DNA of 45,469 nucleotides. It comes from a virus. The position numbers and the translations under genes are program-made. Within the stretch, counting starts at the first letter, position 1; every line of letters starts with the position of its first letter. Below are positions 1-7,701 of the stretch, piece by piece. Where the stretch lies: UHGV virus genome UHGV-0206691. One strand, written 5' to 3'. The notes below the pieces were generated by a model. It saw nothing but the letters and a program-made list of their open reading frames with translations. It ran no database searches and was not told the DNA's origin.

Positions 1-39
1 CTGGAGGATACCACGGGTAGGAATTATCCTAATAACGGT

Positions 40-333
40 TTATTTGTGTCTCCAGATGTATTGTCGTCTCTGTGGTTTCGTCGGGATATCATCGTACCCC
101 AGCGATTTCCAGTAATTAAACAACCGATTAGCGATAGCGGCCCGTTCCTGTGTTTTAAACTCACCGAGATTCACGGCCTTCCCGTTCTGGAATCCACATG
201 CGCGGATAGCTTTGCGTCTGGCCTGAATCTCTGGGTACAGCGCGTTACGACGGCGCTTGTATATTCGGGTGTTAGTTCTCGGCGACAGCGGCGCAAGGCC
301 GCTTCGTTCCAGGATGTCGGTTGCGAGGCTCAT
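40..333 (-). CDS. hypothetical early protein (97 aa), last gene of leftward early operon
   Basis: ORF track; co-directional and 6 nt downstream of gene 340..804; basic, no recognisable motif. Confidence 0.4.
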   Translation of the reverse strand: MSLATDILERSGLAPLSPRTNTRIYKRRRNALYPEIQARRKAIRACGFQNGKAVNLGEFKTQERAAIANRLFNYWKSLGYDDIPTKPQRRQYIWRHK

Positions 334-339
334 TTTACA

Positions 340-804
340 TCACCCCACAACCCGGTATGCAATAATGTCAGAACCTCGTTCGCCGTTACATAACCACCAG
401 CGATAAATACCCGAATCTTCCTTATACGCGATGGTTCCGTCGCGGAATTTAACATCGACAAGCCTCCCAGGAACAGGGTTTTCACCTTCGAGCCATACTG
501 TCCACGCAGACTCCTTCCCGTCATGTTCCACCCCTTCCACGTGTGTAATTGACCCACAGTTCGCGCACTCAACGTAATCCGGGAACTGGTCTTTGTATTT
601 CTGTAACTCAGCGTTTACTTCTGCCAGTCTTGACACAAGCCCCTCTATTTCCGTGTCTGTAGTTGTTATGTAGTCCTGGAAATCATCATCCAGGTCCTTG
701 TAGTCTTCGTAACTTACCCAATCGCCTTCGTCATTCTTCACTAGCTCGTGATACGGCTGGTACGGGTTAGCGCCAACGTCTTTAAACTCATATCTCCGTA
801 CCAT
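340..804 (-). CDS. hypothetical protein, paralog A (coiled-coil N-terminus plus W-rich C-terminal domain)
   Basis: ORF track 340..876 trimmed to internal ATG (MVRRYEF) preceded by AGGAG; C-terminus WTVWLEGENPVPGRLVDVKFRDGT...DIIAYRVV resembles C-terminus of 1006..1506 product. Confidence 0.55.
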   Translation of the reverse strand: MVRRYEFKDVGANPYQPYHELVKNDEGDWVSYEDYKDLDDDFQDYITTTDTEIEGLVSRLAEVNAELQKYKDQFPDYVECANCGSITHVEGVEHDGKESAWTVWLEGENPVPGRLVDVKFRDGTIAYKEDSGIYRWWLCNGERGSDIIAYRVVG

Positions 805-805
805 G

Positions 806-1009
806 TTATTTCTCCTGTTTACCAAGTCGCTTAGGTGAGCAGATAGCGCGTACCTCTGAATCGTTGGGCTTGTCACCCTGAAACAGGAAGTGCGCGTTCT
901 CTGCGGCGCGTGCCGCTGACTGGCACGCCTCCATCGAGTAAAACGTTTCTGATGCCGCGAGTTGCATCTGGCCTGCGGACAGTACCCAGATAAAGAGGAT
1001 GCTGGTCAT
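806..1009 (-). CDS. small putative secreted protein (N-terminal signal-like segment, 2 Cys)
   Basis: ORF track 806..1024; likely start MTSILFIWVLSAGQMQLAAS overlapping upstream stop (ATGA); its stop sits between RBS and ATG of the next gene. Confidence 0.4.
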   Translation of the reverse strand: MTSILFIWVLSAGQMQLAASETFYSMEACQSAARAAENAHFLFQGDKPNDSEVRAICSPKRLGKQEK

Positions 1010-1506
1010 TTCTTTAACCCGCATTTAATGCACATACTTGAAAGCCCCGCACCATAAAATTGCCAATCATGCTCACACTCTGGCTTGACTACACGGTAGC
1101 GGGTAATGTCTCCACGCCATCCGCGATGGTCCCAGCGCAGCTCCCCCGCTACTCCAGGTTCGCATGCACTTGTCCCGTCACGCATCCTGATTTGTACAAT
1201 AGTATCTTTCGGCACCGGACACTCACCACCTTCCCACTTAACCCACGGCTCCGCGACCTGAGTGTCTTCTTTACGGCAACCGGATTGCTTCGACCCGTAC
1301 CCACCTTTGCGGATAAGTTTGTACGCCTCCACATCACCCGTAGCTTTAACCAGCGCCAGATGCAACTCCTTAATCTGCGCCGACGCATCACGTAACTGAT
1401 TCTTAAGTGACTGCACTTCATGCGCCAGGTCTTCGCACTGTTTGTTATTTACCTGCTGCCGTAGCTGGTCAATCAGGTACTCGAATACTTCGTTTTTGCT
1501 ACTCAT
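1006..1506 (-). CDS. hypothetical protein, paralog B (coiled-coil plus W-rich C-terminal domain)
   Basis: ORF track 1006..1608 trimmed to ATG (MSSKNEV) preceded by GGAGGAGACAGAAG; C-terminus WVKWEGGECPVPKDTIVQIRMRDGT...DITRYRVV. Confidence 0.55.
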   Translation of the reverse strand: MSSKNEVFEYLIDQLRQQVNNKQCEDLAHEVQSLKNQLRDASAQIKELHLALVKATGDVEAYKLIRKGGYGSKQSGCRKEDTQVAEPWVKWEGGECPVPKDTIVQIRMRDGTSACEPGVAGELRWDHRGWRGDITRYRVVKPECEHDWQFYGAGLSSMCIKCGLKK

Positions 1507-1717
1507 CTTCTGTCTCCTCCCCATCATATTCTTCGAATATAAAGTCATCGTCTGCGGATAGCGCCCATCGACCGTACCCCGTGTAGTAGACATCAAGTTC
1601 AGTGCCATTGTCGTCTATTATGTAGCAGCGACTTTCGTCGCCGTCTTCTTTGAGGCGGTAAAAGTCATTTTTAGTCAGCACCCAATAACCATCATAGGAT
1701 TTACATTCCAGGAACAT
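1499..1717 (-). CDS. hypothetical acidic protein (72 aa)
   Basis: ORF track 1499..1810 trimmed to ATG (MFLECKSYDG) preceded by GGAGACAGAAG. Confidence 0.45.
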   Translation of the reverse strand: MFLECKSYDGYWVLTKNDFYRLKEDGDESRCYIIDDNGTELDVYYTGYGRWALSADDDFIFEEYDGEETEDE

Positions 1718-1829
1718 CTTCTGTCTCCAGTTCATCGTAAACACGTTCATTGTCGCCATCGCATACGCAGCAAACTCGCAACTCAGCGTAAAGCTGTTCC
1801 ATTTTCTCAACCGCCAGGTACTTATACAT
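1701..1829 (-). CDS. small protein (42 aa) with CCVC motif
   Basis: own reading, below track size cut-off: ATG preceded by GAGAGGAGAGACAGAAG; stop overlaps next start. Confidence 0.3.
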   Translation of the reverse strand: MYKYLAVEKMEQLYAELRVCCVCDGDNERVYDELETEDVPGM

Positions 1830-1860
1830 CTTCTGTCTCTCCTCTCGTTTGTGTAAATGA

Positions 1861-1889
1861 ATAGTAGTCTATTCTATCACAGTGTGCAA
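1861..1889 (-). promoter_or_regulatory. early promoter, TTGCAC-N17-TACTAT class
   Basis: minus strand reads TTGCAC, 17-nt spacer, TACTAT, then TCA; AATAG-N4-CTATT inverted repeat overlaps -10; lies just upstream of gene 1701..1829. Confidence 0.5.
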
Positions 1890-1896
1890 GTAAATT

Positions 1897-2073
1897 TTAT
1901 TGGTGTTGCGAATTTACGTGATGGCACTTTCTACACTTATGCGTAACCGAGTCACCAAGGTACGAGATTAACTGTACCTGCTCGCTTCCGCAGTTGGTGC
2001 ATTTACGGTAACTACGGGCCGCGGCATCCCGCTTTTCAACAAACCCCATAAGTTTCTCAGTGAACGTTTTCAT
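1897..2073 (-). CDS. small zinc-ribbon protein (58 aa, CxxC...CxxC)
   Basis: own reading: MKTFTEKLMGF...CTNCGSEQ...HKCRKCHH; GGAGAT upstream of ATG. Confidence 0.35.
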   Translation of the reverse strand: MKTFTEKLMGFVEKRDAAARSYRKCTNCGSEQVQLISYLGDSVTHKCRKCHHVNSQHQ

Positions 2074-2197
2074 TGTTGCATCTCCTGCAATAGTCGCTTC
2101 GATTGTTGCGTTTGGTGAAATAGAACAAAAATGAGAAAAATGATACGCTGCTGTGTAGCAGCGTAAGTCACTCAGTAAAATCCCAAACTATTGAACA

Positions 2198-2383
2198 TCA
2201 CACTTCCGGCGGCTCAGGTAACGGCATCCAGTGCGTTATATCACCGCGATATAAACTCTTTGCTGGCCCCCAGTAGCCATCTGTATTAACACGCATAACC
2301 TCACAGCCATCAAAACCATCAGTTACAAGAACGTATTCATAAGGTTCCGGCATCCGCTCACTACACTTAATCCACTCTCCCAT
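2198..2383 (-). CDS. DUF551-like phage protein
   Basis: ORF track; C-terminal HWMPLPEPP motif, recalled as a DUF551 hallmark. Confidence 0.5.
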   Translation of the reverse strand: MGEWIKCSERMPEPYEYVLVTDGFDGCEVMRVNTDGYWGPAKSLYRGDITHWMPLPEPPEV

Positions 2384-2392
2384 AAATCACCC

Positions 2393-2530
2393 CTTATTCG
2401 CCACAGCTTGCACACCAGCTTTCCACGCCCGCCACGCGAGACGGGTCTTAACGTTCAGGTACTCTTTCTTCGGACCCTTGTTAACAGGCAGACCCTCGAC
2501 GACGGCCCACCGCTCGAATGCTTCTCTCAT
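2393..2530 (-). CDS. small hypothetical protein (45 aa)
   Basis: own reading MREAFERWAVVEGLP...; stop overlaps start of DUF551 gene. Confidence 0.3.
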
Positions 2531-2533
2531 AAC

Positions 2534-2755
2534 TTAGTCCTCACTTAATGCCTGAGTCGCTGCCAGGATGATAGCTGATAAACATTGCGCGCAAGGCTCT
2601 TGCCTGAATCCGTTTTCTACAGCATATAAGGCGTGTTGGGCATCCCGGAACAGCCATTCACCGTACGATGGGGTAGCTCGGCACCACGTTTCTACTTTAC
2701 TCGTCGGCAATTTAACCCCATCCAGATGGTCTACCTTTATTATGTGTTTTCTCAT
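2534..2755 (-). CDS. hypothetical protein (73 aa)
   Basis: ORF track 2534..2785 trimmed to ATG (MRKHIIKV) preceded by GGGGG. Confidence 0.4.
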   Translation of the reverse strand: MRKHIIKVDHLDGVKLPTSKVETWCRATPSYGEWLFRDAQHALYAVENGFRQEPCAQCLSAIILAATQALSED

Positions 2756-2815
2756 ACCAACCCCCACAACGCGTGCACCACACATACGGCGCTGACAATT
2801 AAAATGAACAGGTAA

Positions 2816-3055
2816 TTATTCACGGCAACCTCCCTCAGAGTCGTCGGCACGAGCATCATGATTCGATGCCGTTGTGAATAACGCTAGCCATCTCCAGGTA
2901 TAAACACACATACGTCCTTCATATACATCCTCATCAGTTACCCTGTAATCATCGCCATCATCTGAGGTAATGCACCCATCGCTACTTAGCACATAACTTT
3001 TTCCTTCTGTGAAGTAATCACATAGACTGGTTATACAAATTAATTCTTCCATCAC
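2816..3055 (-). CDS. hypothetical acidic Cys-containing protein
   Basis: ORF track; co-directional in early operon. Confidence 0.4.
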   Translation of the reverse strand: MMEELICITSLCDYFTEGKSYVLSSDGCITSDDGDDYRVTDEDVYEGRMCVYTWRWLALFTTASNHDARADDSEGGCRE

Positions 3056-3237
3056 TTCACCCCTTTGAATTTAAAATTGTTGCCGATGAGTTCTAAATCC
3101 CACTTGCGGAGTAACCCTTTACCAAACCCGGATACGCTATTAACCTCAACGAAACCGAACCACATTAACTTTGATTCTGTTACCGTAAATAAATTGCCTG
3201 TAAATTTATCCCTAACCAACTGACCCTTCTTAAACAT
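3052..3237 (-). CDS. hypothetical protein (61 aa), first gene of leftward early operon
   Basis: ORF track; AGGAG upstream; promoter 3272..3300 upstream. Confidence 0.45.
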   Translation of the reverse strand: MFKKGQLVRDKFTGNLFTVTESKLMWFGFVEVNSVSGFGKGLLRKWDLELIGNNFKFKGVK

Positions 3238-3271
3238 AACCCTAACTCCTCTGTCTCGTTCCGATAAGTGA

Positions 3272-3300
3272 ATAGTATCCTATTATGTTGGGGTGTGCAA
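3272..3300 (-). promoter_or_regulatory. early promoter, TTGCAC-N17-TACTAT class
   Basis: minus strand reads cTTGCACaccccaacataataggaTACTATtcactta; near-identical to the promoters at 26855, 36202 and 38070. Confidence 0.55.
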
Positions 3301-3746
3301 GAGATTCATTGAAAATGGTTACGTTGCCGTTGTGGATTCTTTCGTTTCTTGGAAGAGTACGCAACGCAGTGGGTGGGCGTTAGCCCACCCCAGCGGAGTG
3401 AAGTACTCTCAACAATGCTCACGGCAACTATAGAAACTTTTAATTATCAGATACTTAAGAGATATGCTGCCGATGAGAATAGAGCTTGCCCATGGCAACC
3501 GGAGATACTAAGGAAGGAAAGTTACGATAATTCATATGTTCAGTAATCTGCCGCTTAACACTTCGCTTGCGCTTTGGCGCAGCTGCGTTTCAAGCGGGTA
3601 TTACAAGGTGAACAGGAATCAAAGTAACTAAGATATAGAAGCACCTTAAACGAAGATTTTCATAATGTCAATAGGTGCAATTATGTTTGATTTCCCATTA
3701 TTCGCAATGTATGCTTGGTTCGTTAACTGATAATGAGGGTTTGAGA

Positions 3747-3917
3747 ATGACGCAGAATGAAGTAGCGGAGCGTATCGGGGTTACTCGCCGCACACTGAAT
3801 AACTGGTTAAAGAGTGGGAAGTTCCCGGATTGCTGTATTCGCATTATGGGCCGCCGTCAGCCAGGTACGTTTGACCCGGCGAAAGTGGAAGCGTGGATTA
3901 AGGAGAACGTGAAATGA
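3747..3917 (+). CDS. AlpA/excisionase-like HTH DNA-binding protein
   Basis: ORF track 3675..3917 trimmed to ATG (MTQNEVAERIGVTRRTLNNWLKSGKFP) with GAGGG upstream; HTH_17-like pattern. Confidence 0.55.
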   Translation: MTQNEVAERIGVTRRTLNNWLKSGKFPDCCIRIMGRRQPGTFDPAKVEAWIKENVK

Positions 3918-4147
3918 CCGAGTTTCAGTCGCGTGTATTTACGGCGGTCGTTTCATTAACACGTAAAAAAGGGTCTTGCAGTGTTATGGACTTGCGCCGT
4001 AGTTATTTTAGGTACTATAGTTCCGCCATTATTGAAGGGTCGTTGAGAGTGCTGGTTAAATCTGGTGTCGTGAAAAATGCTGGCGGGAAATATAGTGCTG
4101 TTGCTGAAGTTCGCGGAATGGCCGCTACTTTAGAAGACCTGGAATAA
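3914..4147 (+). CDS. hypothetical protein (77 aa)
   Basis: ORF track; start overlaps upstream stop (ATGA). Confidence 0.45.
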   Translation: MTEFQSRVFTAVVSLTRKKGSCSVMDLRRSYFRYYSSAIIEGSLRVLVKSGVVKNAGGKYSAVAEVRGMAATLEDLE

Positions 4148-4204
4148 AAGAAAGCCCCAGCGTTAGAGCGCCGAGGCCAAATTACTTGCTGAAGGAAATA
4201 CAAC

Positions 4205-6472
4205 ATGTCCGATGTAATTTTATCCTACTCGTGGTCACGTCGCAACGCGCGAGCAGAGAAAAAGGATATAAACGTCAGAACCACACACACGGCAACACTG
4301 GACGACCTGAAAGAGTTAATCCAGCCGCTCGATGCCGTTCGCGACGGAATTAATCCGAAGACTGCGCCAGGGTATATCACCGCCGCGTGTGACCAAACCC
4401 ACAGCACCGTAAAAGACCCGGAAACTGGCGACTTTAAGCAAGCGCGTAAAGGCTTTTTCTATCGCTGTGATGCGTCTGTAAGCAAATCGTCGCTGGCGTA
4501 TCTGGACTTCGACAGCGCAACACCGGAAGAGTATCAGGAAGCGGTGCGCCTGGTTAAGCGCAGCCGCCAGGCGATGTGCCTCTATACCACGGCATCCCAT
4601 ACCGACGAGTCGCCGCGCTTTCGCGTCGTCATGCCACTGGCCCGTCCGGTTGAGGGTGGTGACATCATCCGTGTTCGTCATGGGTTGCTGGAACACTTCT
4701 TCAAAGGCATGGGTGCGGACCGCAGCGGGTTCACTCTGTCCCAGCCGATGTACCTGCCGCCGGTTGGCTCTCAGGTTATCTGGTCGCGCCGCAACGACCT
4801 GATTGACCCGGAAGAACTGCTGGAAGGCATTCCCGCCGTTGACGTTAGCAGCGCATCGGATTACCAGATACCGGAAGAACTGCGCACTGCGTTTACTGAT
4901 GCGTTCGAAGCCCTGGCGTTCGAGTACGGCGGTATCATGACACCACGCGGCCTTAAGATGCCAGCTACACCAGAACACGCAGAAAACTACAGCGACCCGA
5001 CGCCGCGCCCGGACGACTTCCTGCTGTGCTTCCCGCGGGAGGGGTACGAAGCGCCGAACGTAACCATGATTCACGACACCGACATTACGGCAACCGAAGG
5101 CATGTCGCCGAAAGAGGTGTGGAAGTATGCGTGTGATGCGACCGGGCTGCCGTTCAGTGAAGTCGCTGAGGCTATAGGATGGGGTGCACGTGAATCTGTT
5201 TCATGCAGCCTCGACGACCTGGAAGACGACGAGGATCCAGGGGAGGACGAGCTGCCGGAGCCGGTAAAGGCTGACTTCGTCGTTGAAGGGTACATGCCGT
5301 CGGATTGTATCTGGGACATTGTCGGGGAGTCCGGCACGTACAAATCATTCTATACGCTGGGGGTGATGTACCTGAGCGCCGCCGGATACCGGTTTGCAGG
5401 CGCTGACACACAGCGTTGCCACCACTTCTATATTGACGGTGAAGGTGGCGCAGCTACACGCACCCGTATTGACGCGCTCGCGGCTAAATACGGCGTGGAA
5501 GGTAAAGATTATGTACACGTCATCGATATGGGTGAAGTAGGCAAACTTAAAAGCCTGATTAAGTTAATGCGCGAAACTGCTGGCGAAGAGCCAATCGGCA
5601 TGGTCGCGTTTGACACCCTCAACCAGACCCTGGCACTGACTATTGATAAGTTCGACGAGAACAGCTCATCAACGGCAATCGGCATGGGTAAAGTTATCGC
5701 CATCCTGAAAGAAGTGCGTGACGCGACTAAAGCCGCGGTAGGCGTTGTCCATCATACGCCGAAAGGCGGAAAGAAAGCCCGTGGCAGCGGGGCGTTGTAT
5801 GCTGGTGTCGACGTGGAACTGACAATCGAACGTGCCACCGACCGACAGATAAACGTATACCACTCGAAATTTAAGCACGGGCCTCAGCAGAAAACTGTCG
5901 GTATGGTGCTTGAGTCGGTACAGTTCCGCGAAGCGCCGCCGCCGAAAGAATACCGCGCGGTTGAGTTCCTGGGTAACACCGAGGAATACGGCGCAATCGT
6001 AAACCTGGACCTGCCAGAACCACACAAGGCGCTTGTACTGATGCCGTGGGGCTTTGAGCCGTTCAAGACTGACGAGGAGAAAGAGCGGGAAGAAGGGCTG
6101 ACAAAGGAAGGTAAAGAAAACGTACGTAAAACCGTAGAGAATGCCGTCAACAGTTCAGAGGCCACGATACTGGCAGCGTTTGAACTGGCAGAAGGAACCT
6201 ACAACGGCAACGAAGGTATCACAGTAGCCGCAGCGAATAAGCTCGCACAGTCAGACCCCAACGCAAAGGCGTTTAACTCCAAAGAAGCCATAGAACGCGG
6301 AAAGATTAAGAAAATGGTTGAGGCCGGGTATCTTGTACCGGGAACAGATGAAAACAATCAGATAATCCAGGGCCGTTACAGACTGAACACCCGAATAACG
6401 GATAACAAGATTCCGAAGACAATATACGAACCGAATGAAATGCTGGCGGTGACAGAGGAGGATTTAGAATGA
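4205..6472 (+). CDS. bifunctional primase-helicase (AEP primase-polymerase N-terminus, RecA-like/DnaB-like ATPase C-terminus)
   Basis: ORF track; YLDFD catalytic-type motif in N-terminal half; Walker A-like GESGTYKS and Walker B-like VAFD; good RBS GAAGGAAA. Confidence 0.75.
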   Translation: MSDVILSYSWSRRNARAEKKDINVRTTHTATLDDLKELIQPLDAVRDGINPKTAPGYITAACDQTHSTVKDPETGDFKQARKGFFYRCDASVSKSSLAYLDFDSATPEEYQEAVRLVKRSRQAMCLYTTASHTDESPRFRVVMPLARPVEGGDIIRVRHGLLEHFFKGMGADRSGFTLSQPMYLPPVGSQVIWSRRNDLIDPEELLEGIPAVDVSSASDYQIPEELRTAFTDAFEALAFEYGGIMTPRGLKMPATPEHAENYSDPTPRPDDFLLCFPREGYEAPNVTMIHDTDITATEGMSPKEVWKYACDATGLPFSEVAEAIGWGARESVSCSLDDLEDDEDPGEDELPEPVKADFVVEGYMPSDCIWDIVGESGTYKSFYTLGVMYLSAAGYRFAGADTQRCHHFYIDGEGGAATRTRIDALAAKYGVEGKDYVHVIDMGEVGKLKSLIKLMRETAGEEPIGMVAFDTLNQTLALTIDKFDENSSSTAIGMGKVIAILKEVRDATKAAVGVVHHTPKGGKKARGSGALYAGVDVELTIERATDRQINVYHSKFKHGPQQKTVGMVLESVQFREAPPPKEYRAVEFLGNTEEYGAIVNLDLPEPHKALVLMPWGFEPFKTDEEKEREEGLTKEGKENVRKTVENAVNSSEATILAAFELAEGTYNGNEGITVAAANKLAQSDPNAKAFNSKEAIERGKIKKMVEAGYLVPGTDENNQIIQGRYRLNTRITDNKIPKTIYEPNEMLAVTEEDLE

Positions 6473-6783
6473 ATATTTACGATTTTATAGATAACCCGTT
6501 TAAAGCAGTGAAGGCGGGGTACCGCCCGTCATACCTGACATGTGTTTCCGCGGTAAGCGGCCACTGGTGGACTTTTTGCGTGTACACAGCAGGGATTTTT
6601 GCGGAGTTTAAAGACGTTTTAGATATGACACTGGCGGAGATTATAAAGTGCCTTTTCAAGTTGATTATCGCGATAGCTATTGTGGTAAGTTTTCCTGTAA
6701 GTGTGTGGTTTCTTGCCTGGATTCAGTACCTGAACGTGCAGCACACGATTAAGAATTTGGAAGAACTCGATAAGTTGCAATAA
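6469..6783 (+). CDS. small membrane protein
   Basis: ORF track; ATGA overlap with primase-helicase; hydrophobic segments IAIAIVVSFPVSVWFLAWI. Confidence 0.45.
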   Translation: MNIYDFIDNPFKAVKAGYRPSYLTCVSAVSGHWWTFCVYTAGIFAEFKDVLDMTLAEIIKCLFKLIIAIAIVVSFPVSVWFLAWIQYLNVQHTIKNLEELDKLQ

Positions 6784-6786
6784 AAA

Positions 6787-6808
6787 GAAAGGGGCATTAA
6801 GCCCCTTC
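6787..6808. terminator. hairpin terminator between convergent genes
   Basis: aaaGGGGCattaaGCCCCttc stem-loop; overlaps the last codons of the XRE gene. Confidence 0.5.
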
Positions 6809-7012
6809 ACCCAACGCCAGCCACTTGGCGTCTACTTCCAGCACTTCCGCCAGTTTAAACAGCGTTGCCGGGCGGACGTCCTGAGTTACTCCGAGTGCAA
6901 GCTGGTTAATCGCGCCCTGGGAAACGCCAGCCAGGACCGCCAGACGGCGCTGGGAGATGCCGAGTTCTTTGCGGCGTTGTTCTACGCGTATGCCTAGTTC
7001 AGATGGTTGCAT
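6797..7012 (-). CDS. XRE-family (Cro/CI-type) HTH transcriptional regulator
   Basis: ORF track; LGISQRRLAVLAGVSQGAINQLALG helix-turn-helix; AAGGAG RBS; divergent from gene 7137. Confidence 0.7.
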   Translation of the reverse strand: MQPSELGIRVEQRRKELGISQRRLAVLAGVSQGAINQLALGVTQDVRPATLFKLAEVLEVDAKWLALGEGA

Positions 7013-7076
7013 GTCAATTACTCCTTAGTCAGTTGATATGTGAATAGTACCATATTAATTATTTTAGAAAAGCCCA

Positions 7077-7105
7077 TTGACATGTGAATAGTTCGCTATT
7101 ATAGT
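7077..7105 (+). promoter_or_regulatory. sigma70-type promoter TTGACA-N17-TATAGT with AATAG-N4-CTATT inverted repeat in spacer
   Basis: ttgacaTGTGAATAGTTCGCTATtatagt, 31 nt upstream of gene 7137 with GAGAGGAGAG RBS. Confidence 0.6.
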
Positions 7106-7136
7106 TAGCCCATACCAAACGAGAGGAGAGAAACAA

Positions 7137-7658
7137 ATGTTAGACCAATTCTTAAAATTACTTGAACGTTTCGTAGTTGCACATGAACTGATTGCCGCGA
7201 ATAGCGTGAAACCACAAAACGGCAAATCAGTAGGTGAATTAACCGTTGATGTTGCGGTAACGGGAGTAGAAACAGTTAAAAAAGAACTGGCTAAAGCACT
7301 TGAAGAAGTCGAGAAAGCAAAAGAAATCCCGGTTGAAGGCAAAGACATCGTCGACACCAAACCTGCGGAAGAAGAGAAGCCTAAACGCAAGCCGCGTAAA
7401 GCTAAAGTAGAGGAGCCGGCGCTAGAGCCGGAAGAAGAGAAAGAAGAAGTCGATTACCAGTCTCTGCGTGACCAGATTCAGGCTATCGACGATGCGATTA
7501 ACGAAGGTCCGAGCGATGCCGCGTGCGATGATTCCGATGAACTGCTGGAAGAGTTCACCGGTAAGAAGATGAAGATTGCCGCGATTAAAGACGAAGACCT
7601 GGCTGAGTACCTGGAGCGCCTGACAGCAATCAAGAACAAGTATTTCGAAGAAGAATAA
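7137..7658 (+). CDS. highly acidic hypothetical protein (173 aa)
   Basis: ORF track; runs of E/D (EEEKPKRKPRKAKVEEPALEPEEEKEEVDY, DDSDELLEEF); first gene behind a strong promoter. Confidence 0.55.
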   Translation: MLDQFLKLLERFVVAHELIAANSVKPQNGKSVGELTVDVAVTGVETVKKELAKALEEVEKAKEIPVEGKDIVDTKPAEEEKPKRKPRKAKVEEPALEPEEEKEEVDYQSLRDQIQAIDDAINEGPSDAACDDSDELLEEFTGKKMKIAAIKDEDLAEYLERLTAIKNKYFEEE

Positions 7659-7665
7659 CTATCCT

Positions 7666-7684
7666 GCGGCCTTCGGGCCGCTTT
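7666..7684 (+). terminator. intrinsic terminator
   Basis: GCGGCCttcgGGCCGC followed by TTT directly after stop of gene 7137..7658. Confidence 0.55.
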
Positions 7685-7701
7685 AACTGAGGGTCGGAAT
7701 T

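Noticed and set aside
46-393. 115-aa plus-strand ORF at the left end
   Set aside because: Antisense to two co-directional minus-strand early genes that have proper RBS and coupling; no RBS of its own.
3349-3546. 65-aa plus-strand ORF in the control region
   Set aside because: TTG start, no RBS, hairpin inside the putative 5' end; more likely non-coding.
4316-5074. 252-aa minus-strand ORF inside the primase-helicase gene
   Set aside because: Antisense to a gene with clear primase and ATPase motifs; Arg/Ala-rich; interpreted as shadow ORF.
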